Shown: positions 38,801 to 51,023 of the stretch, piece by piece
Layout of the letters: every line of letters starts with the position of its first letter
How positions within the stretch are numbered: position 1 is the first letter of the stretch
NCBI GenBank assembly: GCA_046563655.1
Contig: CM102286.1
Span: 15,004,001-15,068,000 of the forward strand
DNA length: 64,000 bases
Source: Yuukianura sp. NJ FZ-2021
Lineage: Eukaryota
Reading direction: 5' to 3'
Notes under the pieces: model-generated
What the model was told of the DNA's origin: nothing
The model's database searches: none
The model's input: the letters and a program-made list of their open reading frames with translations, nothing else
Program-made: the position numbers and the translations under genes

Positions 38801-40706
38801 GTGATTAGACTAAAAGGAACACACAAACTTGCTTAGTTAATCTTTTTTTGAAAACTTTTTTTAAGAAAAAAAAACTTCCTGCTACGTTTTCGCCCGTACT
38901 TTGATGTAATTTGTACCACTGGTGCCACTAGCACAAGCGAAAGCAAAATTTAGAAACTTTTTGAAAAGAGAAAGTAAAACGCTGAGATGACAAAACCAAA
39001 TTGAATGAAGAAAACCTTGTACTATAGTCAACGCACTAATTGAACTTGATTGTATAAAAGAAAGAAAAGACAAGTTTTATTTAGCGAGAAAACAAAAAAA
39101 TGCCCGGAAGAGGAAATGAATTTGAATTTTAGAGTTCAAGCCCAAACTGAAAACAGGAAATCACAAATCAGTTTTTAGGAAAAGTTTGTAAACCTTGTTA
39201 TGACCAGAACTACCAACAACGTCACGACCAAATTCAAATTTCAAGTTCCTCTTTTTCCCGCCCAAAAAAGTTTTTTAAAAAAGTTGAGGTTTTAGTGGTT
39301 TTTAAGTGAGTAACTTTAAGCCGCATTGGCATTGCAGACACAGACTGACTAAAAAGTAAAATTTGAATAGACTTTCTCCTGCTCAACTTTCACCAACACA
39401 CACAACCGACCACTTTATCCCAATAACTCTTGTGAAAAAATTTAAAAAAGTTCTGCCGCCAAAATGTTTTCGACTACCAGCATACAAGGACAAGGTTTTT
39501 GCGACAGGCAAGAAAATCATAAAATTCTAACCATGACGCTCATTGAAACTTTTTTCCTAAGCAAAAAAAAAGTTTGGAGGGAGGAGAAAGACAAAGTTTT
39601 GCAAAAGTTCATAATTTTTTTTCCGTCGTAGGAAAAAAAAGTTCTGACATGAATTGAAAATAGAGGAGAAAAGAAGACCGCGTTTCTGCCTTAAAAGCAT
39701 ATGGATAAACCCAAGGAAAAAGAAAAATTTACATTTGAAATCGATGTCAGATCACTTTTAGTTTCATTCAATCCTCTCAGATTTACTCAAACATTTGAGT
39801 CATTTAAGTTTTTTAGAATGGATTTACATAAAATTGAGTTTCCAAAACTTTCTGTCGTGGGAAAGTTCTCCGCGGAGAAAAGGGCATATATGTGGGTACG
39901 TGGCTTAAGCTGACGTCCATTGTGGGACTTAATTAAGAAGTGTGTGTTCAATTACAAAGTTAATGAAAAACATGAACTGAAACTGTTTGGTTTTGAAGTG
40001 GTGAGGAAACTCAATTTTGAAAAGTAGGTTTCGGGAGTATTTGACTTTTGGAATTGGAGTAAATGCAAAGTATGGAGGGTTTTCGAAGTGTGAAATACAG
40101 GAATCTCCATTTCCCGGGTTTAAGTCCGAGGCCCTTCGTTTTCCAGAAGTGGATTTTGAAGGGCTCTCGGGTATTCATTCCCAAATATTGGTTTCAACGC
40201 AGACTAGGAAAAAATGTCGCCTGAGTTTCTGCAGAGACAAGTTTTGTGAATAATTTTCAATTCCGGAAAATCCATTTTGGCCACAGCGATTTCTGCCAAA
40301 TTTTAAACCAGATTGAACAAAACCCGCCACACTTTCACACAAACCCCTTGTTTTTTGGATTTCCACCGCTTGAACAAGAAATATGACCGTACAGTGAAAG
40401 TTCTTTTTTTAATGTAACAAAATATTTTGCAACTTGCAATTTTCGTGCCAAAAAACGGAACATAGTCGTTTTGTTTTCGCTTTGATGAATTTGTGGCGTG
40501 TTTTGTTCGAAGAGTTGCGATTTGCGAATGCGCGGGAGTTTTCTCTTTTTGAATTTTGCAATTTCCTTTTGCACAGGGAAAGCCGACGTGACTCAAACTC
40601 TTTCCCTTTTTTGGCAAGCTCTTTGTCTTTTACTTCTTTTTGGTAAGTCCACTACTGTCCCCTGTTAAGTTGACCTTTGGTGACCTCTGTTGACCTCTCA
40701 AGTGTC

Positions 40707-42271
40707 ATGGCAACGAACGACGAAGCTGGTTTGACCCATTTAGTTGAGAACATTACGAAACAGCTTGAATCTCAAATTGACACACAGTTGGAGGCCCTTC
40801 AACTCAACCCAGAAGACGAACTGGCTGCCCTGAGAGCTGCCAGGGTCAAGGCACTTAAGGAACGACAGGCCAACGAGCAGAAATGGAAACAAGCAGTGAG
40901 TCAATTGACATTAATCGATTACTTTCTTAATTGGTCATGATCAGCTGATGTCATGGTTATGATTACTCTCTTAGGCTTACGTCTCTCGCGGACTTTTTTT
41001 CTTTTTGTTTAGCGGTCGGCACCTTTCGAACCTTCCGCTCAGCTCTTTCGCAGACTTGATCCATTTCACTTTAAACTACACAAAACCCACTTTAAGTGTG
41101 TTTTCGTTAAATTTTGCATGTTCATTATTAGAATGTAGGGTATGTTAGTCTAGTCTGGATCCGGTACAGCTGGACTAAGGAAGGTCTTACGAACTTCGTG
41201 TAACAAAAATAGAGTACGCGGTTATCTAAGAAAAAAGAGCTACACTAGTTTCAAATTTGAAAATGAACATTTGCAAAAAATTCAAAAAATGCATCTTTAA
41301 TTTCAAAGCAATGCTAGAATATAGTAAACATATCCACAACGGTACAGGTTTCTATTTGTCGATGCAAAACTGTAGACGAATTTCAACTGAAATGTGAAAG
41401 TGCAAATTAAATTCGTTGAGAGGCTTATAAAAATAGACGAGAGCGAAATTTGTAACCCATCTTAACATGTTGTTATTATCCCAGTTTTCGCAAAGGGTCA
41501 AATATATTAAGCTATAGTTTTTCTTCACTGACAACTATTTCGCTTCAACTTTAATGGCAATACACTTAAAACTGGTTTTGTGTAGTTTAAAGTGAAATGG
41601 ATCAAGTCTGCGAAAGAGCTGAGCGGAAGGTGCGAAAGGTGCCGACCGCTAAACAAAAAGAAAAAAAGTCCGCGAGAGACGTAAGCCTAAGAGAGTAATC
41701 ATAGCTCATGGTTTCCTTACAGGGTCATGGAGAGTACACGGAACTACCAAGTGAAAAGGACTTTTTCAGTACCTGTTCTGCCTCGGACAAAGTAGTCACC
41801 CACTTCTACAGTTCCACAACACTGCGCTGTGAAATTGTGGATTCACACTTGAAGAAACTGGCTCCACTTCATCTCGAGACGAAGTTTATCAAGCTCAATG
41901 TTGACAAGGCGCCGTTTCTGACAGGTATTATGAACTACACTCTCATTCTAACCTAACGACCTCCTAAGCATGCCTTTTCTTGTGGAATTGCAGAGAAACT
42001 GAACATTAAGGTCATTCCGTCCATTCTGATCTGCGTGGGTGGAACGGTGGTGGATCGAATCGTGGGTTTCACTACCCTGGGCAACACTGATTCCTTCTCC
42101 ACAGAAATGCTGGAATGGAGACTCGGAATTTCAGATGGCCTCGATTACCAGGGAGACAAGAATCACCCGCCAGAAGAGTCATCAACACAACCACCCAAGA
42201 ACTTCTTCAAAGGAACCACCAACAAAACTCTGCGTCGTGGTGGGGCCAGTTCCAGTGAAGACGAAGACTAA
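40707..42271 (+). CDS. TXNDC9: Thioredoxin domain-containing protein 9 / phosducin-like protein 3, 222 aa; exons 40707-40895, 41723-41924, 41994-42271
   Basis: GHGEYTEL..EKDFF....SDKVVTHFY...[44 protein letters not shown]...VDRIVGFTTLGNTDSFSTEMLEWRL, acidic C-terminal tail. Confidence 0.95.
40960..41701. mobile_element. Non-autonomous DNA transposon with ~140-bp near-perfect TIRs in TXNDC9 intron 1, TA-flanked (Tc1/mariner-like)
   Basis: 40960-41099 is the reverse complement of 41562-41701 with few mismatches; TA on both sides; no transposase ORF inside. Confidence 0.85.
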
Positions 42272-44147
42272 CTCCAGTTCTCAAGTGGGACCTAACTCCA
42301 ATTCTAACTTAAGTAATAACTTAAACTTAAGTGTATACACTTAAATAATAACTTAAACTTAAGTTTACTTTTAATCCCACCCTACCTTACACAGCTGATG
42401 CTCACTCTCTCACAAAGCTGCAACTTATTTTCAACTTTGTTCATAATCTGTGAATAACATTCCAAATTTGGAACAACTTAAACACTGGTTGATTTAAATT
42501 GAAGTAGAGGCGGAGCAGAGCTCTTTTGACAACTTTCTGTTTACTCAGGTCCAACCAGGAAGCTTTTCGTTTCGTATCGACCAGGAAGCTTTTTGTTGCG
42601 TATCGACCCGGGAGTTGCCGTGTTTCATGCTAATTCTGTTCAGTATTAAGTGTAGCAGTGTCTACTTAGCTTTCACCCTGCCATGCTTAATTGCCATGCT
42701 AAGGAGTCATTAACCTTTGTAGAAGGTCAAGGTGACCAGTGAAAGCAGAAGGGAGACGTTTGAATAATTTAGTCTCCTTTTCATTACAAAGTTGAAAAGA
42801 GGAGGGGAATTTAAAAGTTGGTGCTTGAGGCGAGAGTGTTGAATATTTTGAAATTAGAGTTGTGCTGAGGACGGGAGAAAACAAACTCATCATCATCATT
42901 TTCAGACGGTAGAAAATGAACAGGATGCACGCAACAGTTCACCCGCGAGCCAAATTCCTAAATTATTACGTACAGACAGACCAATCAAAAACTACCGCCG
43001 TTCTCTTCCTAATTTGAAATCTACTCAAAACTCCCGGGAGAAAATAAAACGGCATCGCAATTTAAAAAAAAGTGGTGCTGTTGAAACCAAAACCGGCGTG
43101 AAACTTTGAAAACTTGAAACCTGAAACTTGTTTCCGTACACAAACACATGAGGGGAGATTAGAGCAGAGTGGTATAAGGTGAAGCTGGATAGAAGAAGGA
43201 CGCGGGTTCGAGACTCGGAGCAAGTTTACTTTGGCTTACACGCTTCCGCTTTTTTTTTGCCCGAGTTTACGACACAAAACCGAAAGTTCCGGTTTCCCGG
43301 GGCTGTTTTTTTCTAAATTCTTAAAGTTTTTAGTTTTTTAGCGGGAGACATATTCTGAACTTGGAGATTAAAAAAATGCGGGAGTTTAGTTTTATTTCTA
43401 AGAGGTCTTTGTGTCATTTTATAATTAGGGTGAAAGGTGTACTACCGCCAGCGGTTGAGTTTAAAATGCCCGCGTTTCTCAGAAAACGGAAACCGCACAG
43501 AGAGAGACACAATTTGTGAAAAGTTGAGGAGATTTATGAGAGGGCATAAATAATCCTAATTAACTCTCTACCATTTGTAACTGGAGCGAAGTTTTAAATC
43601 TGGGCGGTGCACGACTCTAAATTTCTTTGTTTCCATTTTAGTAGCTAAAAATGTAGGGACTTTTAATTTTCGCAGTTTAAGATTTTTTTTCGACGTCTTT
43701 TGATGTTTGAAACAACATGGAAATTTCCGGGTCTTTATTTTTAAAAACTAAATTTAAATTCTGGTGCGTACGCCTTTGATTCTGGTTTGATTTAATTCAA
43801 TTACTTTCTCTTCTTAAATTTCTCTGGCGTAGGTTTCTTTGTTTTAGAAAGTGAAAGGCTTCATTTTTTGAAGAATCTCGACACTTTCTCTTGGGGTTAC
43901 AATTTCCTTGGCTTCTTTTGAAGTCTGATCCTCTTTTCTATTTTCAAAAAAGAGACTTTTTTAAAAAGAGGGAAAATGTAAGGAGTTAAGAGCTGGTTCG
44001 CCAAGGGACTAAATTTTGTCTTGTGCAACTTTTCTCCCAGAAGGACTCACGTTAGTTCACTACTCGCCGAGTCAAAACTCCTTCCCTCATCGATTTCATT
44101 TTTCCAAGTCCCCCTTAGCTGCAGTTTACAACTATAAAGTGAGTGGG

Positions 44148-44412
44148 AGATTCAAATTTGTGAGCGGAAGGTTGTATCCAGTGATCGGAAGGTTGAGACT
44201 GGTGACCGAAAAGTTCTATTCAGTGATCGGAAGGTTGAGACTGGTGACCGAAAAGTTCTATTCAGTGATCGGAAGGTTCAGACTGGTGAGCGAAAAATTG
44301 CATCCAGTGATCGGAAGGTTAAAACTAATGAGGAAAGGCTATAAGGCTCGCCCCAGTGATCGTAAAGTTGAAACTTGTGATCGGAAGGTTAAGAGTACTG
44401 TGAGCGGAAAGT
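44148..44412. repeat. 20/40-bp minisatellite (GTGATCGGAAGGTT core)
   Basis: About 12 units, including an exact 40-bp duplication. Confidence 0.85.
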
Positions 44413-46344
44413 AAGGTTGAGCGAAAGGAGAGAAAGTATGAGAAGTAACGAAGAGGGGAAATGTCTCGTAGTGCAAATATTAGATTTAACTAAGATACTT
44501 TGAGTAACTGTACCTTCCCTGGACAAGGGGTGACTTGAAAGTGGCGGGAACTTTGAAGGAGGATCAGTTTCACTTAAAATTCAAGTCGTGTTTCACAATA
44601 TTATGAAGAACTGAAGACATCCACCCATTCTGCAAGAGGAGGGGACACTTTTTCAACATTTTTGAAAAAAGTGAAACTATGGAGGGGCGTTTGTGAAGTT
44701 CCCCTTGTCTCTCGGGAGAAAGTGAGAGTATTATTTCCGATGTTCTTCATCTTGAAAGTGACACTGACATCCACATCTCACTCTCCCCTTTGATCAAATT
44801 CATCAACCATACCCACAGTAACCACCGCTGAATTCAAAGTGCTCGATGCTCAAAGTTTGGACAGAGAGGGGGTTCTCAGTTCGAACCAACCCTGGAGACT
44901 GCATTTCAGACATTCGTCAATTAGACCTCTCTTATTAACGTTTCCTTTTAAACTTCAAAAGTCTGTCAGAATTTAGCCGCTCTTTCAAAGTTAAAGAGAA
45001 ACTAGAAACTCACAAATTTTTGAGCGACAGGATAAAACGATAGTTAAAGTTGGCCCCAAAGTGAAAATTTTAATAGCTGCTTCTTTTGTTCATAGAATGG
45101 AGCTTTTGAGCTAAGATGGCGCTAAATTTGAAGTTTTTGAGAGATTGAGTAATGGTTGTTCCTGGTTTTTGTTCTTCTTTGAGGAGCTAATGACCTGGTG
45201 ATCGGGCGCTAAGTTGAAAAGAGAAAGTGGAACCCAGAGGCCTTAGTGCGGATTAGATTTTGAGAGGGGGAGGATGTGATGATTGTGTGCAAGAGTCTAA
45301 AAGTGCACGAGTCTAAAAGGAATAAAGATGAGAGTGAGGGGAGATGAATCCATACTTTTCATTATTATTTGTCCCCTGTGTCTCAGATGGAGTCATCTTG
45401 TTAACATTGTCACTTGTTCCCCCTCCCATTGTCACCCTCTCCCCTTATCGCCCCCTCCACGTCAATGCTCCAATTCCAGAGATAAGGGGGTACTTGGCCA
45501 CTGGCTGGTGACGATATGGGTACTTAAGGGTACAGAATGAGGAAGGGGGTACTTAAGGGCCACATTGAGCAAGTGGGTGATTGGGTGTTGAAAGGACTTG
45601 GCACTCTTTCCCTCCATTCTCTATTATCATAGTCTCACTCCATCTCCCTTATGTGTTATGCTAATTACTAGAATAAATATTATCATGGCATGGCTTTTCT
45701 TCCACAAACACTTGTCTAAAAAGTTGGTTTAAATTTAAATTTTAACCTTCAAAACACAAGTTTTCTAAATTCAAACTGAAAAGATAAAAAAAACTGTTTG
45801 AGAGAAAGTCAGGTTCACACTAAAAAAAATCCGTGTGGAATTTGTGTCTTGGGCCTGATTCTTCCCCATAATTTTAAAAAGTCAAAAGTTGACGAAAGTT
45901 TGTCGGTTTAAATTTTTTTTTTAAAGTTTTTTTTTTTTTTTGAAATAGTAAATGCATGAGTTTCAATTGTTTAGACACTTTTTGCTTGTTCGGTGAGACT
46001 TAATTGATGGAGTTTGTGCTTGGCCTGGTCTGATCCTGTGTCCATAGACTTCCTGGAGCTGCTTGGACTGCTCATGTCGCCTATGAGCTGAACATTTCCT
46101 GGGAGTGTTCAAGGATTAGTCACCCTCTCCTGCTGTGTGTCCCACTATTCCTCTGACATGGAACTGTCTTGGTCGCAGTCTGTTGACATCTTTACATTGA
46201 CTAACTGCGCCTCCTAAGCTCTTTGCATGGGGGGTGACATGTGGCAGGATTCGAGTCTTTTGTCTCCTCATGTCACTTTCTCCTTTCACATTCCTCCTCA
46301 AAGGATTTACATAACATCTCCTCTTTCCAAGGATTTGGTCTTTC

Positions 46345-46450
46345 ACATCTTCACATTTTGACCTTTGACCTCTTTACATTTTGACCTTTTCACATTTTGA
46401 CCTTTGACCTCTCCACATTTTGACCTTTGACCTCTTCACATTTTGACCTA
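46345..46450. repeat. Tandem repeat CACATTTTGACCTTTGACCTCT
   Basis: About 5 units. Confidence 0.8.
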
Positions 46451-49400
46451 CTGTGCTACTCGCATGAGTCTCCACTTTCTCTTTTCTACGTTCTCTAAGT
46501 TTTTAAGTTTTAGTAAAAATTTTATTTATTGATTAGGAAATGTTTGTTTTTAGACTCGATTTCAAACAATGTTTGAACTAGATCTGAACAAATGTTTTTG
46601 ATAAATTTTTGGACAAAGGTTTGAAGTTTGGCAGGAAAGAGTTTTGAGTGAAAGTGGAGTAGAGAGGAGTGGGCCATTGTGAGTGAAAAGCTTAGCATTA
46701 GTGTCACTCCATGCAAATGAATTTTTTGGATTGTTTACCGTCAGCTGATGAATGGCCCTTGACCGGCTTAAATTTTAGCGGGCTTTTTATGTTACCCGGG
46801 TAAAACAGCATCTGTGCCAATTCAAAAGTAAAGTTCCCAGGGAGCGGCAATCGGAAGAGCATTTGAATTCAAGGGCTCTCTCCCGCTTTTTAGTTTTTTG
46901 AACAGAAGAGAAAGAAAGTTCTTAATGAACGGAAAATTTTGGGGCAACTTGAGACTGCTGAAAATTTTGGAGAAAGCTTTTCTCTTTCTCGTTCCTAATC
47001 CACTCCAATGTCTAAAATCTCACATTTGTGTTTCAGTTCTGATTCTCACGAAACTGGAACTACTAAGGACAACAGATGTTGAAGAGGCAAGAACTGAGCG
47101 GCGCATGTGCTAAATTTAGAATTTGAAGAAAAAATTTAGCAAATGAAAAGAAATTGGAAACAAAGGATTGGGATCACTTGGAGAGGAAAATTTGTATTTC
47201 AAGAAGCTGGAGAAAGTCAGCGGATTTTTAAAAATAATAAAACTGTGGAGAAAGCGGCAAGAAAAAGAGTTTCACAAAAGCTTTTGTCTTTTTGGCGCTG
47301 TTTTTTCTGCACTTTCATTTTCATTCCCTTATCTCCATTTGACGCTACAATGAACACGAGTTAAATTTCACTTTTTGAATTTTCCCAGAAAAAAAGAAAA
47401 AACAAACAACTTTTCTATTTTCCTTTCACTCTTCAGTCTAATCTCTTTTTCCTCTTTTAAAAACAAACAAGCTTCTTTTTCCCGCTGTTTCCAAAAATGG
47501 CAGCGACAGTAATTAAATTCACATTTAAACAAAATTTCAAAAACTTAAGCTGACTTGTGAAGATGAAGTTGTTGTGCGTGGGAAGTTTCTTTGAAAATTC
47601 GTTTTCCCGCCTTTTTGAAATTTGAAATTCTTTTTTAAATTGCCATGCCTTGGTCGTTTGAGAGGGAGATGAATGTTGGTTGTGGATTTTGTGAAATGGA
47701 CTTTTGGTAGCCTAATTCCGTGCATTTGTATGCATTGCTCGACATAAATTGAGACTTGCTACGTGGAGATCCTAACTGCGTTGTGCCGTATGTCTCAATA
47801 GACTGTTGCCATCGGTGTTGCCATCGCTGTTGCCATCGTTCCTGTCGCTCCCTTCGCTTGTCCAAATCCATCCAGATTAGGATCAGCTTAGACTTTGTCT
47901 GCTAAATTACCTTCTGAGCTACACACGTTCTCCGCTTTCAAATTACCCGCATTAATTGACATGTAGACGCAAATGGACAGGGAATGTTTGTCACTGCGCA
48001 GGACAATTAGGACGCACAGATTTCAAACAAATTATCCCACCATTTACAACTTACAACTGTCTAAAATTTAGCACTTTCACTTTCTGCAACAACTTTCTAC
48101 AATTTTTACAATTTTCGAAATCCAAAATTTAGGCTCTGCAAAATTTGCAGCACTATTTTTGATGTGAATTTTAGATTTTCTGAAACCATCAATGAAATAT
48201 GTTCAACTAAATTTTTACGATTTTAGGAAAAAAATTTGGAAACTTTTAACGACTTTCACTTTATAATCAGTTGGAAAGTCAAGTGGAAGTTAAGTTGTTG
48301 ACATACGTGTGGTTGCCATGGAAACCATTTTTTTTTATCTGTTTGTAATTGGGTCATCACGGAGTTACTGTTTTGTAAACAATTTTTCTTGAGGCGTTAC
48401 CATGGCAACCAAAGCCTCGTTGCCCATATCAATTACTATCTTTTTTATGAAACTTCAAGCTAATCCATCACAAAACTCCAAGTTTCCTAGAAACCCAATT
48501 TTTTTGTAACTAAAAATCTGCTAAGAAAACACGGTTTTGCTTTCTTATTTTTTTCACTTTTCCTTGAAATGACAAGAATCATATTTTCTTTTGAAAATTT
48601 TGTTAAAATTGGGCCGAGTTTGTTCAGTACTTTTGATTTTTTTTAAGTTCTTTTTTCTTTTGCACAAGTTTTGCTTCTAATTAAAACTGGGCTTGAGGCC
48701 AAAGACAATGGTTGATTAAACTGAGCACGAAAACGAATGAAAAGCTCCATTGTATTCAAATCTAATTTAGTTTTGCTTTCACTTCAAAAAACTCAAATTT
48801 TTTCCCCAGCTTTTCAAGATTTCGAAAGAACCAGATTTTTTCAAAAATCCTTTCCTTCCCGTCGTAAATCTTTGTAGTTCACCTTGACAGTGACAATTAA
48901 TAGCTCCTAGGCAACTTCATTTCTCATGTTTCTCTCTCAGCACTCAACACTTTCTCTTTTTCAAGAAACCCGTTTTTTTTTTCAAAAAACCCGGGTTTTT
49001 CGTTTCTCTTTTCATGTTAGCAAAGAAATGGGCTAATGATGGTCCATTGAATTCTTATCTCCAGATTCAATTTTGGGCCTGCTTTGCCATTGGCTGAGAA
49101 TGGGAATTATGACATCTTATTCGTCCAAAGGATTTTCTTTGAATTTGAGCGCCACAATCCGTCTCACCCGCGCTTTAATAAAACTTAAGAAGCTTATACA
49201 ATTTTGGCGCCTCTTCATCTTTTCAAATCCTTTCAAATTTGCAAAGTGTGGATGAGCAAGAGATTCTTAATTAAGAACTCTTTCACAGGCAGGCTTTCAA
49301 ATTTTTCGCGCCTTTTCAAAGGATTTGAAAAGCCCGCCTGTCGGTGCTAGATGGTAGCAATTCATCTTAGGCTCACAACTCACCTGGTTTCCACCAATCA

Positions 49401-50764
49401 CCTTCCGCTGCACGCTTAATTCTTCAACGTGTTGCGTTTCATTTGCAATTTTTCATTTTTCAAAAAAGTTTCAAAAATTTGAAATTTTGAACATGCAATG
49501 GCTAAACTCCCAAATCCGGAAATGTTGAATTCATTCCTGGAATTTCAAGCAGGTTGGGCAGTTTTCTCGAGAAAAGTTTTTCAACTTGTTTTGAAATTTT
49601 AGAGAGTTAATGTTTTTTCAGCACTTTTTGAAGTTGGAGTTTAGATTGAAATTTGAAGTTTTGAAATTGGGAATTCCGCCGCTTGTCGACTCAATTCCGA
49701 CTTTAATTTCTTGCAGACTTGCCAAAAGTGTAGGCGGCAGGTGAGGATTTTCAAACTTGTTTGAAAAAAGAAGAATGTCGCTCTGAAAAGTTGAGATTGA
49801 AGCATAAAAGTGTTGTGATCAGAAACTCCGGTGGAGAAAGTTCGTTTTTTTCAGGGATTTTGTTCGTCCTTGACAGGATAACTTTAATACGATCTGTCAA
49901 TTCAACTTAGTAACTCACTCAACTTCAATAACGAATCGAGAAAGTCCATGACGTTCTACACAACTTTTCATGTTCAAAGTACTTTCACTTTTTAAGTTTT
50001 CCCACATCTCTTCGTGGCACAAAATTCAACAACTCTCACTTTCTGAACAAAAATGTTTCACTTTCACTTTTTGTTTAAGTTTCTCCTAAACTGCTTAGCT
50101 AAACTATGACTTTAACAACCGAGTGTATGTATATTCAACTTAACTTGCAACACCGAGCTTGATCTGCTGAAATGTCCGAAATTTCCGAGTTTTAGTCAAA
50201 CCCAAAAGGGCCGAAATCTGTCAAAATGTTTGAAACTGTGTCACTTTCTGTGGAAAGTGGAATTGTAGATGTTGTTTTTGTTAGGTTTTAGCCTATTTTG
50301 GTTATGTTTAGACTGTTTTTGTTAGGTTGTTAGACTATTTTGTTAGGTTAGTGCTTTGTAGTGAGTGCTATTGACTGTGAAGTGGACTGTGCCCTTGGCT
50401 GATGGCGACTGGAGCTTAGTTGGATTTGGACTGGAACTGTTCCCCCTCCGACTTTCTCCAGCTTCACTCCTCTCCATTTCCACAAGAACAGCGCCTGACT
50501 TTCTCCGCACAGAGATGATCATTCCCTCCTTGTTCTTCCGCTCTTTCCTTCCGCTCTCTCCATTCTTATAATCCACGCACTTTTTACAAAAATACTAACA
50601 TCAGACACAGTCTCTCTTTATTTGAATCTTTTGAACCGTACTGTATTTTTGGAATTTTGAAAAACTTCCGCTACTGCTGAATAAACATCAAAACGGCTTT
50701 AGTTGTCGTGATCATTAAGAAAGGAAATCCAACAAAAGAATGAACCTTTCTCCGGGCGTGGGCT

Positions 50765-51023
50765 CACTATTCCTCAGAATGCAGCGTGAGAGCTCACTAA
50801 TCCTCAGAATCTAAGTTTTGGGATGGATATTCCTCAGAATGACATGTGTGGAATGACTATTCCTCCGAATCTTGCGTATGGGTGACCAACTATTCATCAG
50901 AATGCGGTGTAAAGGCTCACTATTCCTCAGAATGTCATGTGTGGGGCAACTATTCCTCAGAATCCAGTGGTTGGCCTCATTATTCCTCAGAATACAGTGT
51001 GTGGGTTGACTATTCCTCAGAAT
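50765..51023. repeat. Array of 9 conserved ~15-bp cores (ACTATTCCTCAGAAT) with divergent ~15-bp spacers, period 30
   Basis: TATTCCTCAGAAT cores start at 50768, 50798, 50828, 50858, 50891, 50921, 50951, 50981, 51011. Confidence 0.9.

Noticed and set aside
44016..44414. 132-aa repetitive ORF
   Set aside because: Product of the minisatellite
49287..49350. Hairpin followed by CTAG as a Helitron 3' end
   Set aside because: Hairpin is longer than typical, the following base is not T, and no 5' end or second copy was seen
50270..50350. TTAGG-like telomeric repeats
   Set aside because: Degenerate and interspersed, not a tandem (TTAGG)n tract
50765..51023. True CRISPR array
   Set aside because: Eukaryotic context, no cas genes, repeat and spacers far shorter than CRISPR norms; kept only as an unusual array
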